Positions 19,567 through 29,899 of a DNA stretch of 64,000 bases are shown here, piece after piece. Within the stretch, counting starts at the first letter, position 1; each line of letters opens with the position of its first letter. Position numbers and translations under genes: made by a program. Origin of the DNA: Candidatus Poribacteria bacterium (lineage in GTDB: Bacteria; Poribacteria; WGA-4E; WGA-3G); assembly GCA_965215265.1 (NCBI GenBank), contig OZ244048.1, positions 1,824,001-1,888,000 of the forward strand. The letters are read 5' to 3'. The notes beneath the pieces are model-generated. The model saw nothing but the letters and a program-made list of their open reading frames with translations. It had not been told where the DNA came from and searched no databases.

Positions 19567-20769
19567 ATGCGCATCCTCTGTGCGAACGTAGGCAGCACCT
19601 CGTTCAAGTACCAGATTATAGATATGGAAACCGGTGCCTCCCTTGTGAAGGGCGGTATAGAACGGATCGGACATTCGCTGTCGGCTTACACGCACGCGGT
19701 ACCGGGAAAGCCATCTCGTGAAGGGGATATCCATGCGCCGACGCATACCGATGCGATTGCGCACGCGATGCGCCTCATTACCGATATAGAAGTGGGCTGC
19801 CTCGCAGAGCTCGGTGAGTTGGACGGTGTTGGGTTCAAAACCATTCTTGCCAAAGGGTATTGGCGTTCCGCACGGATTACGGAAGATGTCATCGCAGCAT
19901 TAGAAACGTCTACGCCACTGGCTCCGATGCACAATCCTGCATATATTGCAGCGATTCGCGCCTTTCAAGAGTTGCTTCCAGAGATGCCGCTGGTTGCTGT
20001 ATTTGAGACGTGGTTCCATCAAACCGTCCCTGATTATGCCGCTGAATTCGGTGTACCGCGTTTCTGGGTAGAAAAACACGATGTCCGTCGATATGGCTAC
20101 CACGGGGCTTCACACCGATATATCTCCGAACGGGTGCCTGCAATGCTGGGACGTGAGTCGGGCAAAGGGCTTCGGATTATCTCATGCCACCTCGGAGGCA
20201 GTTCTTCTCTCTGTGCAATCAGAGACGGGGAATCCATTGACACCTCAATGGGCATGTCGACGCAATACGGTATGATTCAATCGACACGTTGCGGGGAGTT
20301 GGACGCGTTTGCAGTACTCTATGTGATGGACAAAGCCGGGTTTTCTACGGATGAGATTCGTCGCCAGTTAATAGAAGACTCTGGGATGAAAGGCATCTCT
20401 GGGACGAGTGGAGACATGCGTGATGTGGAAGAGGCAATCAAAGCCGGAGATGACAACGCACGCTTGGCTTTAGAAACCTACATTTATGGTGTGAAAAAGT
20501 ACATCGGTGCGTACATCGCTGTGCTGAAGGGTATTGATGTCATTGCGTTCGCAGGGGGCATCGGTGAGAAGAGTGCATTGACACGCGCAAAAATCTGCGA
20601 AGGACTTGAGTGGTGTGGCATTCACATTGATGCCGCCAAAAATCAGCGGACACTGGGTGAGGCGCATATTTCTGCAAGAGATAGCCGCACCAAAATCCTT
20701 GTTGTCTCCACCAATGAAGAGATTATCGTTGCGCGTGAGACTGCACGAGTGATAATAGCAGATCTATAG
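19567..20769 (+). CDS. ackA: Acetate kinase
   Basis: NVGSTSFK, LAPMHNP, RRYGYHGASH, CHLGG, DTSMG, TNEE. The ORF-track extension from 19483 translates a repeat arm. Confidence 0.93.
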   Translation: MRILCANVGSTSFKYQIIDMETGASLVKGGIERIGHSLSAYTHAVPGKPSREGDIHAPTHTDAIAHAMRLITDIEVGCLAELGELDGVGFKTILAKGYWRSARITEDVIAALETSTPLAPMHNPAYIAAIRAFQELLPEMPLVAVFETWFHQTVPDYAAEFGVPRFWVEKHDVRRYGYHGASHRYISERVPAMLGRESGKGLRIISCHLGGSSSLCAIRDGESIDTSMGMSTQYGMIQSTRCGELDAFAVLYVMDKAGFSTDEIRRQLIEDSGMKGISGTSGDMRDVEEAIKAGDDNARLALETYIYGVKKYIGAYIAVLKGIDVIAFAGGIGEKSALTRAKICEGLEWCGIHIDAAKNQRTLGEAHISARDSRTKILVVSTNEEIIVARETARVIIADL

Positions 20770-20774
20770 ATTGG

Positions 20775-21070
20775 TTTTTCGGCTATAGGAGCCCGTAACA
20801 AGGTTTATGTAATGCTAAGTCCTTTACAAATCTCGTTCTTTCGTCTACAGGAGCCCAATGACGCTCTATGTTTTGTAAAATCTGTGAAAATCTCGTCTGA
20901 GCCGTCTGGGGTTTTGACTTTAAAGACATTACCTAGTGCGTCTCCGACGAGTTTTACACACGAGTACTCATGACATAAGCGTTGATGGTACCAAGATATA
21001 CAAAAAAACGAGATTTACATCGGATTAACCACAACCTAAACCTTTACGGTACGGATATATACAAAAAAAC
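20775..21070. repeat. Modular repeat: arm-A, arm-A', core, arm-C, arm-C'
   Basis: AAATCTCG/CGAG(A/T)TTT junction motifs at ~60-bp spacing. Confidence 0.92.
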
Positions 21071-21083
21071 GATAACTACATTA

Positions 21084-21878
21084 TTACATAAGATATTCGC
21101 GTTCCCGGAAAGTGCGAATGGCGAGCCATAGAAATCCAGCTGTCATCAGGCAGAGGACACCAAATGCTATCCACGCAGAGGGTGGTGCATCCCCGAGCAT
21201 CCCGTTGAGCATGTCCGGTTGTAATCTGTAAGTCGGAAATAAACTCAAAAGGTAATGCTTCACGGATAGCCGTTTGATGCTGGTTTGCAGAATCGGTGCT
21301 AGCGTAAGTTGTTCCCATCCTAAGACGAATAGGAGACCCCATAGTACTGGGTGTTTAAACCGTGCTGCTAAAACCGCTGCCAGTGTACCGTAGGTTAGCA
21401 GCGTCAATGCCAATGATGCACTGTAACGTAAACTCATCCCAAAATGAAACAAAACCCCTTTTTCCAACTTTGGATGTGTCACGACGATAGCAGTCAGAAT
21501 CAAGTGTGATACAGTAATCAGGACTACCGTTCCTACCAGATAAGCAGTGAATTTGCTGAGTAGAATGACGGATTTGCGGAGGGGCCGCATCTGGAGGTAC
21601 GTCAAACCTTTGCCATCTACCTCGTCGGATATAATTGCTGTACCGTAAAAAATCGCACAGAGGGACGTTAAAAGTCCATAGAGGCTCAACGTTATATACG
21701 GAATGAAACTGTTCACGTCCCCCATCCTTTCCGAGACAAACCGAAATACGATGGTGATAACAAGTGAGAACAAGCATCCGAGTAGGATGAGAACCGTCTT
21801 GCGGCTCCAAAACATCTGACGCAGTGTGACTTTGAAGAGAGCGGTATACGGAGAAAAGGAACCTGTGTTAGTAGCCAC
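21084..21878 (-). CDS. ABC-2 type transporter permease
   Basis: Six hydrophobic segments, 'IISDEVDGKGLTYLQMRPL..SKF'. Confidence 0.85.
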   Translation of the reverse strand: MATNTGSFSPYTALFKVTLRQMFWSRKTVLILLGCLFSLVITIVFRFVSERMGDVNSFIPYITLSLYGLLTSLCAIFYGTAIISDEVDGKGLTYLQMRPLRKSVILLSKFTAYLVGTVVLITVSHLILTAIVVTHPKLEKGVLFHFGMSLRYSASLALTLLTYGTLAAVLAARFKHPVLWGLLFVLGWEQLTLAPILQTSIKRLSVKHYLLSLFPTYRLQPDMLNGMLGDAPPSAWIAFGVLCLMTAGFLWLAIRTFREREYLM

Positions 21879-22289
21879 CTACAGTTTGCCTCTCATTGAA
21901 TTCGAATCTTTTCTGCAATATATAGTAGCATGAAGTTGTGGATTTAGCAAGTGTTTTTAGACCGGAACTACGGCGATTCTGTTTTTACGACAGTTGCAGC
22001 TTTCGTTGTAAGTCCATCGATATCTTTTCCAGACTTGCACAACTTGTGGATAATAGGAAATTGATGGGATGCATCCAGAAACTGGCACACCACATTTGCC
22101 TTATCCGTTCCGAGGATAAAAACAGGAAAATTTGCATCTTTATTTAAGTGTGTGCTATAATAATTTAGAACCAAAAATTACTATTTTTGCATGGCTGATG
22201 TGATGCTGCCATGCGTTTGGACTCCGTAATATAGGGCTTTGAGTTTGTCCCTATATTCTCGGGGGTTATTAACATAAGGAGGTTTACTT

Positions 22290-22991
22290 ATGCGCGTTAT
22301 GATGCTGATGGCAATTTTTAGTTTCACTGTTTTTCCAGCATTTGCTCAGAAATATGTCAGCTGGGAAGCAGAGGACTTTGATGCTATAAATGGCGACAAA
22401 TTTGAAGTCTTTGAAGTGCCTTCCGACCAGCCGGGAAACGCCGAAGAGGGTGTAGAGGATTACACCGTTGCTGAAGCATCCGGTGGGGCTTTTATCGGTT
22501 CCCCGAATGGTGTGAGCAATGATGGAGATGCCTGGGTCAAATATACATTCTCAGTGGAAGCAGACGATTGGCATTTCTGGGGCCGTGTCATCGCACCTTC
22601 AGTTGCTGATAATTCGATGTATTGGGCATTTGATATTGCCGATGGCGATGCTGTTTCTAATAACAATGATACGATAAATATCTGGGATTTCTTTGAGGCG
22701 GAGTCACTTCGGGTTAACTATACCACAGAGTGGGTCTGGTTTCGATTGAACACGCGTGATGGTCCCTTTGAAGGCACGGAGCTCGTCCAACACGGCGACG
22801 ACCCGGTACCGGTGAATTTGACAGATGGAGAGCATACGTTACATCTGGTGCATCGCGAAGACGGAACGTACGTTGACCAAATTTTCGCCACAACGGATGT
22901 TGCCTTTAATCCGAATGAGACGCATCCGCAAACTCCCGTTGAACCGCAAAACAAGTTGGCGATAACTTGGGGAACACTCAAACTGAGATAA
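22290..22991 (+). CDS. Secreted acidic protein, CBM-like fold, with Poribacteria-type C-terminal motif
   Basis: Signal peptide ending AFA, WEAED, 'HTLHLVHREDG', C-terminal PVEPQNKLAITWGTLK. TAAGGAGG RBS. Confidence 0.8.
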   Translation: MRVMMLMAIFSFTVFPAFAQKYVSWEAEDFDAINGDKFEVFEVPSDQPGNAEEGVEDYTVAEASGGAFIGSPNGVSNDGDAWVKYTFSVEADDWHFWGRVIAPSVADNSMYWAFDIADGDAVSNNNDTINIWDFFEAESLRVNYTTEWVWFRLNTRDGPFEGTELVQHGDDPVPVNLTDGEHTLHLVHREDGTYVDQIFATTDVAFNPNETHPQTPVEPQNKLAITWGTLKLR

Positions 22992-23113
22992 GTGAATGGA
23001 AATGGCCAAATCCATTCAGCCTTTGGGCGGGTGACTTTGAATAATGAAAAAGGCCTCGCTTTTTTCATTGTTTCGCCCAGGGGCTGGCGTAGTGAAAAAC
23101 TAACTGCAGTCAG

Positions 23114-24010
23114 ATGGACAATATATTTTTGCGATGGTGGGGATGTGGTGCTTTTGATGCCCGTTTCGGGGATGTGAACATTGCATTCGACCCGTATCTA
23201 TTCAACAAGAATCTGGCGGATGCCGAACCGATATACGATTACATCTTCATTTCGCATGAACACTTCGACCACTGTCACCCGGATTCATTGCGAAAATTAT
23301 GTCGCGGGCCTCGGTTTAAAAAGTTATTTGTGAACCCCGGCTGCATCACGCCTGCCGAACCGATATCGGAAAAATATGGGGATGCGGCTTTTGAACGCGA
23401 CTTACCGATTACGAAACACGTCCCCGCGGATAAGGTTGAGGTTCTCTATCCGCAACATTTGAATGAACATCATGGTCTTTCACGCGCCTTTCCGCCGGGG
23501 CGTACCTCGGCGACGCTCGGTCAACTTCAGGTTGAAACGATTGAGAGCGGCGAGAATCAAGGACCACTTCTGCCGACAAACGGTTATTTAATAACCCATA
23601 CCTCAAAAAATGTTTCCATTCTACACACCGGAGATTTGCACGAACCTTATCCAGCGTTGGCAAACCTTCGCGGTAGGGTAGATTTTCTCATTCACATGAA
23701 ACTTGGGCTCGGCGTGGGCCTTCACGAGCGGCTGATAGAATTGGTGGAGTCCATCCAACCACGTTTCATGATACCGACACACTACCGAACAGATCGGAAA
23801 TCAGATCCGGTGCCGGAGGGGCACTGGCCGCCAAATGTCACCGATGAGATGGCGTTTATAGAGGCAATACGCGCTATAGTAGACGATAGGACGCGAATCC
23901 TCCCTTTCACGGCCGGGATAGAATATGAGATACAGATGCCGATGAAGCAGGTTATTTGGAAATGGGAGTGGTTCAACACCTGGGATATCCCACCGTGGCG
24001 AGAAAGTTAA
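23114..24010 (+). CDS. MBL-fold metallo-hydrolase
   Basis: SHEHFDH, HTGD, IPTHY. Confidence 0.85.
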   Translation: MDNIFLRWWGCGAFDARFGDVNIAFDPYLFNKNLADAEPIYDYIFISHEHFDHCHPDSLRKLCRGPRFKKLFVNPGCITPAEPISEKYGDAAFERDLPITKHVPADKVEVLYPQHLNEHHGLSRAFPPGRTSATLGQLQVETIESGENQGPLLPTNGYLITHTSKNVSILHTGDLHEPYPALANLRGRVDFLIHMKLGLGVGLHERLIELVESIQPRFMIPTHYRTDRKSDPVPEGHWPPNVTDEMAFIEAIRAIVDDRTRILPFTAGIEYEIQMPMKQVIWKWEWFNTWDIPPWRES

Positions 24011-24038
24011 ACAGCAGCGGCGGCGTATTAGGAGAATT

Positions 24039-25067
24039 TTGACAGTGTCAACAACTTCACGTTTACGTGTTGCCATTTATGGATGCGGAAATTTTGCGAA
24101 CCGGACCCGGATACCGAATTTGCTGCAACTGGATTCAGTTGACATCGTCGCTATATCCGATAGCAACCTGCAAGTAGGACGGGAAACTGCGAAAAACTTT
24201 AACCTTCCACGTGTTTATCAGAATGCCCACGAAATGCTTGATACCGAATCAATTGACATCTTATATTCAATTGTACCTGCGTACGTGCGAACTGATGTTG
24301 AGGTCCGGGCAGCAGAGAGTGGAATCCATCTTTTCAGTGAAAAACCACAAGCTTTGACTATGCAGGTTGCCCGGCGAATTGACAGCGCGGTTCGCAAATC
24401 AGGTGTTATCAGCACTGTCGGTTTTCGTGAGCGGTATCGCCCACTCTTTCAAGAGGCACGCAAGTATTTAGCAGAGAAGGAGATTGTCCACGTTCGGTTT
24501 CAAAGTTTTGGCGGGCTACCCCCAAGTACGCAAACAGAAGAGGCGCAAACATGGTGGGCAGAGATGGACAAATCCGGCGGCCGCGCCTTGGATTGGGGTG
24601 TTCATGCAACTGACTATAGCCGGTTTATGACAGGTTTAAACGTTGTCCGTGCGCAGGCGTTTTATTGTGAACGTTCAATGTATGCAACGGCGTTATCGTC
24701 GAGTTTCAATTACTCCTTTGACAATGGCGCGACGATGACACTCAACTTTGTCTCAGCCGGACCGAGTCCGAACGAGGAACCGTGGTTTACCGTTTTCTAT
24801 GAAGGCGGATGCCTCACAATTTATAAGTATGAACGGATTGAAGTCAATAACCAGGCCGTCTATCGCGCAGACGAATTCGATCCGTGGCTAGAACAGGATA
24901 CAACGTTTATCCGCGCCGTTCAGAATGCCGAGCCAAGCCTGCTGCTTAACGATTACCACGATGGACTCTTCTCTTTAGCTCCCGTCTTAGCGGGGTGGGA
25001 GTCCAGCCATCGACATGGAGAATGTATCGATGTACAGGCTTTCATGGCTCCTGAAGCAGGAGAATAG
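24039..25067 (+). CDS. Gfo/Idh/MocA family oxidoreductase
   Basis: YGCGNFA, SEKP, GGRALDWGVH. Confidence 0.9.
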   Translation: MTVSTTSRLRVAIYGCGNFANRTRIPNLLQLDSVDIVAISDSNLQVGRETAKNFNLPRVYQNAHEMLDTESIDILYSIVPAYVRTDVEVRAAESGIHLFSEKPQALTMQVARRIDSAVRKSGVISTVGFRERYRPLFQEARKYLAEKEIVHVRFQSFGGLPPSTQTEEAQTWWAEMDKSGGRALDWGVHATDYSRFMTGLNVVRAQAFYCERSMYATALSSSFNYSFDNGATMTLNFVSAGPSPNEEPWFTVFYEGGCLTIYKYERIEVNNQAVYRADEFDPWLEQDTTFIRAVQNAEPSLLLNDYHDGLFSLAPVLAGWESSHRHGECIDVQAFMAPEAGE

Positions 25068-25096
25068 GAACGCTTAGCCTTTCCGTTCATGCATAT

Positions 25097-25343
25097 TGAT
25101 AGGTAGGGGTTTAACCTTTCGTATAGTGCAGCACAACACCGATGGATTTAATGAACCACCTAGCACAAATCTTGTTCTTTCGTCTACAGGAGCCCGTAAC
25201 AAGACTGCCCAGTGGGTGGCAGGTAAAAGGTAATCTTTTTTCATGGACAGAAAAAGAATACCTATCCTGCCACTGCAATGTTAAAACCTGTGAAACGGTA
25301 ATTAACATAACCAATAGCGTTATAGGGCTGACATAGACAAAAA
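25097..25343. repeat. Arm-D plus arm-A interrupted by a hairpin element (25209-25273)
   Basis: Removing 25209-25273 restores aagactgctgcaatgttaaaacctgtgaaa. Confidence 0.9.
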
Positions 25344-25376
25344 CGGAAATATACCAAAAAAGGAGAACGATAAAAA

Positions 25377-25592
25377 ATGGATGCGAAATTGAAAAAGATT
25401 CAGATTACCCCGATGAAATATGACAAAGATGGCGAAGTGCAGAAAGAAGAATTCGCGACGCTCACGATTGAAGTGCCGATGGATAGCGTCAGCCAACGCG
25501 CTGCAATTATGGAGCTCTGTGAACTGCTCAGCCAAGAATGGGTTGTCGTTGAGGTTGAGGGCAAAACAGTCGTGGCTGTAGGAACAGCTTGA
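25377..25592 (+). CDS. Hypothetical 71-aa protein
   Basis: AAGGAG RBS; protein-like composition; abuts the next gene. Confidence 0.7.
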   Translation: MDAKLKKIQITPMKYDKDGEVQKEEFATLTIEVPMDSVSQRAAIMELCELLSQEWVVVEVEGKTVVAVGTA

Positions 25593-25597
25593 TAATA

Positions 25598-26740
25598 ATG
25601 AAAAAAAGTTTTCTCTTTACGCCCGGTCCTACGCCAATCCCGCCTGAGGCGTTGTTGGCGATGGCACAGCCCATTGACTACCACCGGAGCGATGCTTCGA
25701 CACTCTTAATTAAAGACGTTTTGGCAAAACTCAAAATTGTCTTTCAAACCGAGAACGACGTTCTCTTTTTGACAACATCCGGTACGGGCGCAATGGAGGG
25801 TGCGGTTGCGAATCTGTTGTGTAGCGGGGACCGGGTGCTTGTGATTCGGAGTGGTAAATTTGGTGAACGGTGGGGGGAAATCTGTGAGGCGTACGGGGTT
25901 GAAATCATTCCGATTGATGTAACGTGGGGTGATTCTGTTGAACCGCAGGTCGTGGAATCGCATTTGGCTGCATCGCCTGATGTCAAAGCGGTTTTTGCGA
26001 CACTGTGTGAAACGTCGACAGGTGCCTTGCATGACATTGAGGCACTAGCAGGTTTGACGCAAACGGGCTCAGCCTTGTTGGTTGTTGATGCCGTGAGCGC
26101 ACTCAGTGCCGATGATTTACAAATGGACAATTGGGGGGTTGATGTCGTAGTCTCCTGTTCACAAAAAGGGTTGATGACACCACCGGGGCTTGCGTTCGCT
26201 GCGCTTAATGATCGAGCATGGGATGCAGTTGTGCGTTCTGATTTGCCGAAGTACTACCTAGACTTCCGCAAGGCACGGGACACCGGTTTGGACGGCTCTG
26301 CGCCCTATACGCCGGCAGTAACCCTCCTGAGTGCACTGCAAGCCGCGTTAAATCGTGTTTGTGCTGAGGGGGTTCGTACTGTCATCAGCCGCCATGCTCG
26401 GTTGGCACTTGCAGCACGACGTGCAGTCAAGGCAATTGGGTTAGAGCTCTTCGCGACGCATCCTGCTAATATGTTAACCTCCATTCGTTTGCCCGAGTCA
26501 GTTGATGGGAAGGCATTTATCAAGTTAATGCGAGACAGATACGGTATTACATACGCGGGCGGGCAGGCACAATTAAGTGGTAAAATTGCACGAATTGCAC
26601 ACCTCGGTTGGATGAATGAAAACGATGTCATCGTAGCAATAGCAGCCTTTGAGAGAGGCCTGGTGGAGCTCGGTTGCGATATTCCGCTCGGGGCTGGTGT
26701 CCATGCAGCGCAAGAGGTTTTTGCATCCATTGGAAACTGA
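25598..26740 (+). CDS. Class V aminotransferase (serine-pyruvate/alanine-glyoxylate family)
   Basis: TPGPT, SGTGAME, ETSTG, DAVS, SQKG. Confidence 0.93.
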   Translation: MKKSFLFTPGPTPIPPEALLAMAQPIDYHRSDASTLLIKDVLAKLKIVFQTENDVLFLTTSGTGAMEGAVANLLCSGDRVLVIRSGKFGERWGEICEAYGVEIIPIDVTWGDSVEPQVVESHLAASPDVKAVFATLCETSTGALHDIEALAGLTQTGSALLVVDAVSALSADDLQMDNWGVDVVVSCSQKGLMTPPGLAFAALNDRAWDAVVRSDLPKYYLDFRKARDTGLDGSAPYTPAVTLLSALQAALNRVCAEGVRTVISRHARLALAARRAVKAIGLELFATHPANMLTSIRLPESVDGKAFIKLMRDRYGITYAGGQAQLSGKIARIAHLGWMNENDVIVAIAAFERGLVELGCDIPLGAGVHAAQEVFASIGN

Positions 26741-28028
26741 TACGCAAAATACGCTTTTTGATGACTCTTATGAACGGCGCAAAAAACCGCTGCTGTTGCA
26801 GACATTGGAGCGACTCCGTCCCATCTATAGTCAGGCAGAACTGAATGTCTTACGTATAGATAGTACGAGTCGTGAGGTTTTGTCGCAACGTTCCGGCCGT
26901 GGGTTTGTCAATCGTGATATTCTTGAAACGGTGCTTGGCAATTTGTTAGAGTGTGTGGCACCGGGTTCGCATAACGCACCGCATCTGCATCACGAAAAGC
27001 AGGGATTTGCGGCAGCGATTGAAGAAGTAGCCGATCAGTTGTACGCCATGGTCGCGCAATCGTTTTTGGCAGTAGCAGATGAAACGCGACTTGATGAGGC
27101 ACTTGAGACAGCGTTTGCCTTACTGTGGGAATTGCCGCGTCTAAAGAACCGTGCACTTTGGAATCGTTTTGCCTCGCTCAAAGATCCGGCTGTTTGGGAT
27201 GCATATCTGCTCCATACGGGCATTTCTCGGGAAAAACTGGCTGCACTTGATTTTCGTTCACAAGTCGACCTGGCGATTCAGGAGCGGACATTTGAACCTT
27301 ATCAAGATTATCTTGCGACACTGAACCTTGCTTCGGTTTTGGACTATCAATTACAGCTGGTTATTAGTACCTACCCCGGTTGGCGCGTGCTGTTTTATCA
27401 CGATGTCGCACATGCTTTGACACGAAGCGGTCCGGCTACTGACAATGCCGACTCTTCTGGGGAAACTATCCAGCGTGTGCCTGTGCCACTACTACCGCGT
27501 GCCATTTCAGAACTCGGTGGACGTTACTATCAAGCAGACCTTCATCCTGAAACACAAATAGGCGATGCAAATCTGCTTGAACATCCGCACCGCGGTGTGA
27601 CAACCGGGCAAACCGGCATTATTGGTTCCGGATGTGTTATCTATCCTTGCACTCTAGGCGGATTGAGCGTCAAAGTTAAGCAGCGACATCCTGCCATCGG
27701 TGATTTCGTTGAAATTGGAACGGACACCAGCCTGCTCGGCCCAGTTCAGATCGGCGAACGCTGCACGGTCGGTACTAACACCGAGATCTATGGGTTTGTT
27801 GAAATTGAGCAGCACTGCCGGATTGGTTCGTCTGTTGTTATTGGTACTATTCGCGGTGCCGCAGAAACCCCCGGTAAAATTTATATCGGAGAAAGGGTTC
27901 GTATAGGTGATGGAACGATCATTGAGAATACCTCAGAAATGGATCTGATTATACCGAACCGGTCGCAGATCCCCGCACGGAGTCACGTGGCGAACGACGG
28001 TTTTGGGTTCCCTCAATATATTAGATAG
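26703..28028 (+). CDS. Hexapeptide-repeat acyltransferase, serine acetyltransferase-like, with long N-terminal region (start uncertain)
   Basis: 'DLHPETQIG', 'TLGG...RHPAIGDFVEIG' left-handed beta-helix repeats. Confidence 0.7.
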   Translation: MQRKRFLHPLETDTQNTLFDDSYERRKKPLLLQTLERLRPIYSQAELNVLRIDSTSREVLSQRSGRGFVNRDILETVLGNLLECVAPGSHNAPHLHHEKQGFAAAIEEVADQLYAMVAQSFLAVADETRLDEALETAFALLWELPRLKNRALWNRFASLKDPAVWDAYLLHTGISREKLAALDFRSQVDLAIQERTFEPYQDYLATLNLASVLDYQLQLVISTYPGWRVLFYHDVAHALTRSGPATDNADSSGETIQRVPVPLLPRAISELGGRYYQADLHPETQIGDANLLEHPHRGVTTGQTGIIGSGCVIYPCTLGGLSVKVKQRHPAIGDFVEIGTDTSLLGPVQIGERCTVGTNTEIYGFVEIEQHCRIGSSVVIGTIRGAAETPGKIYIGERVRIGDGTIIENTSEMDLIIPNRSQIPARSHVANDGFGFPQYIR

Positions 28029-28079
28029 TTCCACGGCAGCTTAAACAAAAACTTATGATGTAGAACCTTACAAAAAAAA

Positions 28080-29651
28080 ATGAAAAAGATTCAACGTGCT
28101 TTAATCAGTGTCTATGACAAGACCAGTCTCTTAGAAATAGCGAGGGCACTCGCACAACGTGGTGTTGAAATTCTTTCCACGGGCGGGACAGCTCAACATC
28201 TACGTGGTGGTGGGATTGATATCGTTGATGTCTCGGACTACACGGGTTTCCCGGAATTGTTGTCCGGTCGCGTCAAGACACTCCATCCGAAAATTCACGG
28301 TGGGCTCCTAGCGGAATGGGATAATCCGGAGCACCGCACGCAAACCGAGGCAAACGCCATACAACCGATTGAACTCGTGATATGCAATCTATACCCATTT
28401 GAAGAGACGGTTGCCAAACCGGATGTCACACGTGCAGAGGCGATTGAGAATATTGATATCGGTGGACCGACAATGATTCGCGCCGCTGCGAAGAACTACC
28501 GTCACATCGGGGTACTGACAGACGTAAGCGACTACCCCCGGATTATATCCGAACTTGCCGCCAATAACGGCTGCCTTTCAGAGCAGACCCGGTTTGAACT
28601 AGCAAAAACCGCGTTTGCGCAGACTGCGCGTTACGACAGCGCGATTGCAACTTATTTCGCTGGCCCAGCCTCGGATGCAGAAAGTGACGCATTTGGAGAT
28701 GTGCTGACGCTGCGTTTTAAAAAGGCGAGTTCACTCCGGTATGGGGAAAACCCGCATCAACACGCTGCGTTCTATCGGACTGAAAGTGCACCGGGGCCCT
28801 GTGCTGCATGGGCAAATCAACTGAGTGGTCAGCCGTTGTCGTTCAATAATCTGCTTGATTTAGAAGCCGCTCTGGAAATTGTGAGGGATTTTAGACAACC
28901 GGCCTGCGCCATCATCAAACATAATAACCCGTGTGGACTTGCGGTTGCTGAGACACCACGTGAGGCGTTCACCAATGCCCTGGAATGCGACAGGGTTTCC
29001 GCTTTCGGTTCGGTGGTAGGTTTCAACCGTAAGGTCACAATTCAGACTGCGAATACACTGCGCGATGCAGCGAAGAGTGGTGTTAAAATTGATGCAATTA
29101 TTGCCCCGAACTACACTGAAAAAGCGCTGCAGGCACTCTCTCGCGTCAAACGTCGTCCAATTTTAGAGACAGGTTCGCTACACGGGACGGAACCGGGCTT
29201 TCAAGTTCGGAACCTCAATGGCGGCGTGCTTCTTCAAGAACCTGATCTACACGAGATGCAGGCTGACGCACTGACAGTCGTCACCACACGCGAGCCTACG
29301 GACGTGGAAGTTGAATCACTGCTTTTTGCGTGGCAGGCATGTAAGCACGTCAAATCCAACTGCATCCTACTTGCACAAGGCACGCAAACCGTAGGTATCG
29401 GTGCAGGACAGATGAGTCGTGTTGATTCTGCTATCATTGCTGTCCGGAAGGCCGGTGAGAAGGTGAAGGGTGCTGTATTGGCATCGGATGCGTATTTCCC
29501 ATTTCCGGACGGCATCGCCATAGCCGGTGACGCAGGCATCCGTGCTATCATCCAACCCGGCGGTTCCGTGAACGATGAAACTGTGATTGAGACTGCGGAT
29601 GCTTACGGGATGGCCATGGTTTTCACCGGAGTCAGGCATTTCCGGCACTAA
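28080..29651 (+). CDS. purH: Bifunctional AICAR transformylase/IMP cyclohydrolase
   Basis: RALISVYDK, GRVKTLHP, IDIGGP, LRYGENPHQ, RHFRH. Confidence 0.98.
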   Translation: MKKIQRALISVYDKTSLLEIARALAQRGVEILSTGGTAQHLRGGGIDIVDVSDYTGFPELLSGRVKTLHPKIHGGLLAEWDNPEHRTQTEANAIQPIELVICNLYPFEETVAKPDVTRAEAIENIDIGGPTMIRAAAKNYRHIGVLTDVSDYPRIISELAANNGCLSEQTRFELAKTAFAQTARYDSAIATYFAGPASDAESDAFGDVLTLRFKKASSLRYGENPHQHAAFYRTESAPGPCAAWANQLSGQPLSFNNLLDLEAALEIVRDFRQPACAIIKHNNPCGLAVAETPREAFTNALECDRVSAFGSVVGFNRKVTIQTANTLRDAAKSGVKIDAIIAPNYTEKALQALSRVKRRPILETGSLHGTEPGFQVRNLNGGVLLQEPDLHEMQADALTVVTTREPTDVEVESLLFAWQACKHVKSNCILLAQGTQTVGIGAGQMSRVDSAIIAVRKAGEKVKGAVLASDAYFPFPDGIAIAGDAGIRAIIQPGGSVNDETVIETADAYGMAMVFTGVRHFRH

Positions 29652-29749
29652 GATTGGTGTTATACCAAATGAATTGAACGAGTCCCGGACCTCTCCGCTA
29701 GCGGAGAAGAGGGGAAACGTAGGCGCGTACTATAAACGGATTGCTCCGC

Positions 29750-29809
29750 CCAGTGGGTGACGAGTAAAAGGTAATCTTGCCATGAGACAAAGAATACCTA
29801 TCTCGCCGC
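29750..29809. repeat. Hairpin element copy with compensatory stem changes
   Basis: ccagtgggtgacgag...ctcgccgc inserted at C|TG. Confidence 0.85.
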
Positions 29810-29899
29810 TGGCGCGGCGAAGAATCACGAATTACAACATGGGCGGTTGCTTTCGCGGGCTGCCCGTATTTTGTTATGTATCTAAAGAGGTTCTCTAGA

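Noticed and set aside
29685-29830. Additional REP-like palindromes (ctctccgctagcggag; ctataaacggattgctccgc|tggcgc)
   Set aside because: Single copies in this window, so family status cannot be supported.
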